This document shows, piece by piece, positions 62,014 through 64,000 of a stretch of 64,000 nt of DNA (its first letter is position 1; every line of letters starts with the position of its first letter). The notes beneath the pieces are model-generated. The model did no database searches and had not been told where the DNA came from. It saw nothing but the letters and a program-made list of their open reading frames with translations. Origin of the DNA: an uncultured Ruficoccus sp. (GTDB taxonomy: Bacteria; Verrucomicrobiota; Verrucomicrobiia; Opitutales; Cerasicoccaceae); assembly GCA_965140785.1 (NCBI GenBank), contig OZ223475.1, forward strand, positions 128,001 to 192,000. Reading direction: 5' to 3'. The translations under genes and the position numbers were made by a program.

Positions 62014-62370
62014 TAGAGCTTTAATCTTTTTCTGAAAGCATGAACCTATGATAGCTGAGGTATAGCGATCCCAGCGTTCGCTGTACCCATTGAAAACCTA
62101 CCTGAAATCGTGACTATACAGAGTGTGCTCCGATCGGATATTGTGATCGGTATCACCTGAGCCTTAATCCTTTACAGGTTGCTCATCTTTCCGAGGCGTC
62201 GTGTCCCCATGACGGTTTAGTCTCTTTTTGTCTGTTAGGCTCCTGACGTGCGCTGGCTTTCGTTTCTTATAAACGCATATTTATTTATACCAATCAGACA
62301 CTTTACTTTTATGTTTTATTATCAAAAAAGGTTTATATTAACACGACGTCTTAAACAGTGTTTTTACCTG

Positions 62371-63657
62371 ATGCTAAAGTGTGCTCTAGGCTTATTAACT
62401 GGCACTTCGTATAGTTTTACCGAAGCCAACGAACGGTGTAAATTCAACTTCCAAAAATCGTTAGTATACACGTTATTGACATGTGTATTCACTGTATGCT
62501 TCTCCCTGACTGTTTCTGGTGAAGAAGGAACTTTTATGGAATCCAAGGGCGTTATCTCACGGGCTTTCCTCTCCGATGGAAACCAGGAACGTTTGCGCAT
62601 GTTTTTCAGTAAGGCCGAGGCAGGAGAATCACTGACAGTGGGTGTTCTTGGTGGCTCGATCACTCAAGGAGCCGCTTGCTCAAATCCTGAATCTCGCTAC
62701 CATGGGGTGTTGCTTACATGGTTACGTAAGACGTTCCCAAACGCACAATTCAATCTTATCAATGCCGGTGTCGGTTCGACTGGTTCCGACTATGGTGCCT
62801 TGCGGGCGGAACGTGATCTCCTGTCCCGAAAACCAGATCTGGTGATTCTGGAATTCGGTGTTAACGACAAAACCCGCGATTACGCTGAAACATATGAGGG
62901 CTGCGTTCGACAAATCCTGAGTGCTCCGAATAAGCCGGCGCTCATCCTCCTGTTCATGATGTGGAAAGATGGGAGTAATGCCCAGGAGTGGCAGTCGAAA
63001 ATCGGATATCATTACCAACTGCCCATGATCAGTTATCGTGATGCTTTGTGGCCTGAAATTCAGGCAGGCCGTATTCGATGGACTGACATCAGTCCTGATA
63101 TCGTACACCCGAATCCGGTCGGGCACACTTTTGCGGGGGAGATTCTCTGTGCTTTTATGGAAAAGTCGTTACGCGCGGACAAACAGAACATATCGTCTTT
63201 TCACCCAAGCGTAGAGCTACCTTCGCCTCTGTTCAGTGATCTGTACGGAAACTGCGTATTGCTAGAGGGGGAGTCCTTGCAGCCGCTTGTGAACGAGGGA
63301 TGGGCTTTTGAATCCGGCCAAGATGGGACTCCGTCCGGTTGGACGAGTTCAAAGCCCGGCAGCGTTATTGAATTCGATGTTCCGGGCTGCATGATTCTAT
63401 TTTCATATTGGCGTACCCAAAAAGAACCCATGGGCAAGGCCACTGTAAGCATTGACGGAGGTGCCCCGGTCGTTGCTGACGGTTGGTTCAGTGAGAGTTG
63501 GGGTGGGAAACGTTGGACACTTCGCCTTTTGCCCGAACAGTCGTCCGATCTGCATCGTGTGCACATTGAGCTGGTCCAGGATAAAAATCCTCAAAGCGAA
63601 GGGCATGAATTCAAAATTCTCAGCATCGGTGGAGCTGGTGTGAATAGTTTTAATTAA
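62371..63657 (+). CDS. SGNH/GDSL hydrolase (probable carbohydrate esterase)
   Basis: LGGSITQG, NAGVGSTGS, EFGVND and DIVHPNPVGH; start uncertain. Confidence 0.9.
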   Translation: MLKCALGLLTGTSYSFTEANERCKFNFQKSLVYTLLTCVFTVCFSLTVSGEEGTFMESKGVISRAFLSDGNQERLRMFFSKAEAGESLTVGVLGGSITQGAACSNPESRYHGVLLTWLRKTFPNAQFNLINAGVGSTGSDYGALRAERDLLSRKPDLVILEFGVNDKTRDYAETYEGCVRQILSAPNKPALILLFMMWKDGSNAQEWQSKIGYHYQLPMISYRDALWPEIQAGRIRWTDISPDIVHPNPVGHTFAGEILCAFMEKSLRADKQNISSFHPSVELPSPLFSDLYGNCVLLEGESLQPLVNEGWAFESGQDGTPSGWTSSKPGSVIEFDVPGCMILFSYWRTQKEPMGKATVSIDGGAPVVADGWFSESWGGKRWTLRLLPEQSSDLHRVHIELVQDKNPQSEGHEFKILSIGGAGVNSFN

Positions 63658-63671
63658 AATCACCCTGTTAA

Positions 63672-64000
63672 ATGAAATTATATTTTCTGAATACGATTAT
63701 TTGTCTCGCTCTTGCGATTTTCTCATCGCCCGAAGCTTGGGCGTGGGGACTTCGAGTCGATCTCGACGGAAGCAGCGATGAAATGGAATTAACTCCAGCC
63801 AGGGCAGGCGGGGATAGTTCGTTGAAAAATGTCCTTTGGGGAGATCCCACGTACCAACAAAGTCATTTGTTTTTCCAGAGAAACAACCTCCCTGACGGCC
63901 AGGCGGCTGAACTCGAATTCAGCTTTGTTTCACACCAGAGCGGGTATGTGACGATACGCTTGAATGGATGTTGGAGTAGCGATCCGACTTCGGCTCAATG
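63672..64000 (+). CDS. Secreted protein, N-terminal part (runs off window)
   Basis: Hand translation MKLYFLNTIICLALAIFSSPEAWA-WGLRVDL... is open to the window end. Confidence 0.7.
   Translation, partial: MKLYFLNTIICLALAIFSSPEAWAWGLRVDLDGSSDEMELTPARAGGDSSLKNVLWGDPTYQQSHLFFQRNNLPDGQAAELEFSFVSHQSGYVTIRLNGCWSSDPTSAQ

Noticed and set aside
62157..62167. Isolated CTGAGCCTTAA resembling the arm repeat (also inverted CAGTTAAGG at 10580-10588)
   Set aside because: Single short matches with no core or IHF-like site nearby; could be chance.

Overview
An accessory, mosaic 64-kb region. PEP-CTERM proteins, H-X9-DG prepilins, multiple sodium:solute symporters and LacI regulators, with no SusC/SusD, suggest a PVC-superphylum bacterium, probably Verrucomicrobiota (inference). 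It holds five to six glycan-utilisation modules: GH36+GH130; IclR+unknown protein and secreted phosphoesterases; a 20-kb rhamnose regulon (RhaT, GH106, GH78, GH3); a beta-helix/GH4 galacturonide locus; and an SGNH locus. The modules are separated by a recurrent boundary unit: a degenerate rve/IS481-like transposase, 11-bp arm-like direct repeats, an IHF-like site and a tmRNA(ssrA)-3'-end-like core (TCCCGCCACCTCCA). This core occurs five times. The last copy is followed by a second set of arm repeats, kptA, a tyrosine integrase and a prophage remnant. The most notable observations are (1) this apparent tandem att-delimited array of sugar-catabolism cassettes and (2) a family of 23-50 nt structured mini-hairpin inserts (GCGAAGC-type) seen only inside transposase genes, twice at the homologous Glu codon of two different transposase families. 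I saw no intact tRNA, rRNA, tmRNA or CRISPR array. All family assignments come from motif recognition by eye, not database searches.
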